Shown: positions 42,201 to 43,133 of the stretch, one piece after another
Numbering within the stretch: the first letter of the stretch is position 1
Layout of the letters: each line of letters begins with the position of its first letter
NCBI GenBank assembly: GCA_034678345.1
Contig: JAXDBZ010000302.1
Location: 1 to 43,133, forward strand
Reading direction: 5' to 3'
Length of the DNA stretch: 43,133 bases
Origin: Candidatus Eiseniibacteriota bacterium
GTDB taxonomy: Bacteria; Eisenbacteria; RBG-16-71-46
Translations under genes and position numbers: made by a program
The notes under the pieces: model-generated
The model's database searches: none
The model's input: only the letters and a program-made list of their open reading frames with translations
What the model was told of the DNA's origin: nothing

Positions 42201-42578
42201 CGCGGCCGCCAGATCGGCTCCGAGCCCTCCTTCCGCTGGAGCAAGCCGTCCATCGTGGTGATGTCCGAGGGCAACTACTCCGACGCCCACTGTTTCCCGA
42301 TGGCCTACACCCAGCTGGGGCTGGGGGAGACCGTGGGCATGCCGGTGCCCGGCACCTGCAGTTCGGTGTGGTGGGAGCGGCTGCAGGACCGGGACCTGAC
42401 CTTCGGCATCCCGCAGGTCTCGCTCATCGACATGGAAGGCGACGTCATGGAGAACAAGCACCTCGACCCGACGCACCTGGTCGAGCCCGACCCGGCCGTC
42501 GTGGCCGCGGGGCGCGACCAGCAGCTCGAGAAGGCGGTCGAGGTCCTGCTCGGGAAGCTCCCGCCGCTCGCGAAGTAG
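39291..42578 (+). CDS. Secreted tricorn-protease-like S41 peptidase (PD40 beta-propellers, PDZ, and an S41 catalytic domain)
   Basis: Signal peptide VLWLASVLSFAVLSAAPVWA. Repeated PD40 motifs (ISPDGRTVVF, WSPDGTRLAF, FTPDGQRVLF, FSPDGRSLVY, FSPDGAEVAY, WSPDGRWLAL). PDZ: VIEGGPLGKAGTKVRAGVVIEAIDG. S41 blocks IVLDTRFNGGGNL and GNYSDAHCFP. GTG 39291 is chosen because the track start 39066 lies inside the upstream terminator. Confidence 0.8.
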   Translation: MRDRVRTRVLWLASVLSFAVLSAAPVWAAEPALWLRYPAISPDGRTVVFSYHGNLWSVPAAGGQAVALTVSAAHNTRPVWSPDGTRLAFASDRHGNFDVFVMPATGGEATRLTFHSADEFPSSFTPDGQRVLFGGTVLDAATNVQFPAGVLSELYAVDLVGHMPEQVLSTPANYAVYDWAGKRLAYSDQRGMEMEWRKHDNSSFARNVWVWDVAANRHTRLTDFGADDRQPVWGPDQVSLYFLSERSGTFNVWRLDLADPARPTQVTTHVTHPVRFLSSSRAGDLCYGWDGGIWVRPAGATASVPVPVTIPADRRDRETAPRDVSGEISEFDVSPDGQEVAFVARGEVFVAEVEHGTTRRITNTPGQERSVGFSPDGRSLVYAAERDGGWKLYRTDLADPEEPDFFNATAMKETLVLGGDADVFQPRFSPDGAEVAYLEERTALKVLNLKSGRSRTLLPGDVNYSYTDGDQWFEWSPDGRWLALTFLSHERWSEEVGLVPASGDGKLVNVTRSGFEDSSPKWARKGEVLIWLTDRFGLRNQSGFPSEADVHAAFLTRRAYDRYVLDEAAFDQLRAREKEGEKKGEGEKPAKDRGRDTAKAAVKLPPPVAIEFEGLDDRIVRLSVASADLAGAELSADGETLYYLARFEKGYDLWKYVPRKKEARLIAKLGADRARFALDREGKKAFVLADGKLSTVELEGGKSTPVRVAARMELDAAAERGYLFDHIWRQTLKKFHDPGMHGVDWAATGAAYRRFLPSIDNPRDFAELISEMQGELNASHTGGRYRPTRSDGDETAALGFFPDPAHRGDGVAIAEVIEGGPLGKAGTKVRAGVVIEAIDGSRIAAGTNWYRLLNRKADAPVRLALFDPKTNGRWEETAKPVSWAAQQRLLYQRWARSRRELVDRLSGGRIGYAHIRGMNDGAYREVFDEIFGRAVDKDAIVLDTRFNGGGNLVEALTVFLSGRQYARNTPRGRQIGSEPSFRWSKPSIVVMSEGNYSDAHCFPMAYTQLGLGETVGMPVPGTCSSVWWERLQDRDLTFGIPQVSLIDMEGDVMENKHLDPTHLVEPDPAVVAAGRDQQLEKAVEVLLGKLPPLAK

Positions 42579-42742
42579 GACGCCGCGGGCCGCGGGCCCC
42601 GGAGACCACGCGCGCGGCGCGGGGCTCCGGGGCTGCGGCGTGTCGGGGCGCGCGCGGGCATTCCGCGCTTGCCCTCCGCCGCCGCTCGCGCCATAGTGTC
42701 CTCTGGCGCACGTTGCATCGGCAGTCACGCGGGGAGGTGGGC

Positions 42743-43133
42743 ATGATCCGGCGATTCGATCTCACGGGCGGAGCGCTGATCCCGGCCGAGTCGGAGCAGG
42801 CCCCCATCCAGCTCTACGTGAACCCCGAGGCGGACGAGCGGGAGGCGCTGGGGCGGCTCTTCGACCTCGACGAGCACACCCTGTCCTCGGCCCTCGACCC
42901 CGACGAGGTGTCCCGGCTCGAGGTGGACCCGGACCGCATCTTCCTCATCTGGAAGCGCCCCACCAACTACTCCGGCAAGGACACCTTCTTCTTCAACGTG
43001 GCCTCGATCGGCATGCTCCTGCTGGAGGGAAGGCTGGTCATCATCGTCTCCGACAACATGCCGCTGACCGCCGGCGCCCGGCACGTCCGGGCCCTCAAGC
43101 GGCCGCTGGACGTGATGCTCGGGCTCCTCCTGA
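42743..43133 (+). CDS. corA: CorA-family divalent-cation transporter, N-terminal part (3' end outside the window)
   Basis: Not in the ORF track because it runs off the window end. GGGGAGG RBS 5 nt before ATG 42743. The frame is open to base 43132. It shows a CorA N-domain-like pattern (LGRLFDLDEHTLSSALDPDEVSRLEVDPDRIFLIWKRP...GMLLLEGRLVIIV). The opposite-strand track ORF 42725..43084 is rejected. Confidence 0.55.
   Translation, partial: MIRRFDLTGGALIPAESEQAPIQLYVNPEADEREALGRLFDLDEHTLSSALDPDEVSRLEVDPDRIFLIWKRPTNYSGKDTFFFNVASIGMLLLEGRLVIIVSDNMPLTAGARHVRALKRPLDVMLGLLL

Noticed and set aside
42579-42742. Possible Mg-sensing (M-box) riboswitch in the 164-nt leader of the corA-like gene
   Set aside because: I could not recognise conserved M-box sequence blocks by eye. 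I saw only a generic GC hairpin (CCCCGGAG...CTCCGGGG at 42597..42632), which is more simply the terminator of the upstream protease gene. A covariance-model scan (Rfam RF00380) would settle it.
42725-43084. 119-aa minus-strand ORF at the window end
   Set aside because: The + strand frame from ATG 42743 has a strong RBS and a CorA-like N-domain pattern, and it stays open to the window edge. The minus-strand product has no motif.

Overview
Very GC-rich bacterial chromosomal segment with a strong G/C preference at codon position 3. This bias produces many long spurious antisense and alternate-frame ORFs in the six-frame track. I support about 46 protein genes, 3 tRNAs, several stem-loop terminators and a few sigma70-like promoters. 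Genes are tightly packed, and many junctions are 4-nt ATGA/GTGA or 1-nt TGATG start-stop overlaps.

Left to right:
- A PpiD/SurA-like PPIase (5' partial).
- A degenerate GGDEF-like protein.
- mutL-miaA, then tRNA-Gly(CCC).
- der-plsY-gpsA-merR-like, then tRNA-Pro(GGG).
- nikR plus a cbiM(PDGLE)-cbiQ-cbiO nickel/cobalt ECF importer.
- An LpxL-like acyltransferase, a GT2, then surE-pcm, then tRNA-Pro(CGG).
- acyP, a sigma70-family factor, and apt.
- A convergent cold-shock gene with a long leader.
- An orphan alpha/beta-hydrolase.
- A 7-gene minus-strand arsenic island: arsR-arsC-acr3-arsP-thioredoxin-like-ArsF-like-CcdA/ArsG-like.
- A divergent YbiR-type permease / FucI-like isomerase / HAD operon.
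- A DUF2891 protein and a large polytopic membrane protein.
- A four-gene minus-strand exopolysaccharide-like operon: jelly-roll protein, processive GT2 synthase, membrane-anchored beta-helix protein, and a 7TM domain fused to a YaiO-like beta-barrel.
- A stress-type cluster: DUF937, GlsB/YeaQ, a Lys-rich H1-like protein, a YpfJ metallopeptidase, and an unannotated 28-aa Lys/Arg-rich CxxC peptide.
- A secreted tricorn-like S41 protease.
- The 5' part of a corA-like gene.

I saw no rRNA, CRISPR array, transposase, integrase or phage genes. The most unusual content is the EPS-like operon at 31326..36244, especially its inner-membrane/outer-membrane fusion gene. All functional calls rest on motif recognition by eye. 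No database search was run.
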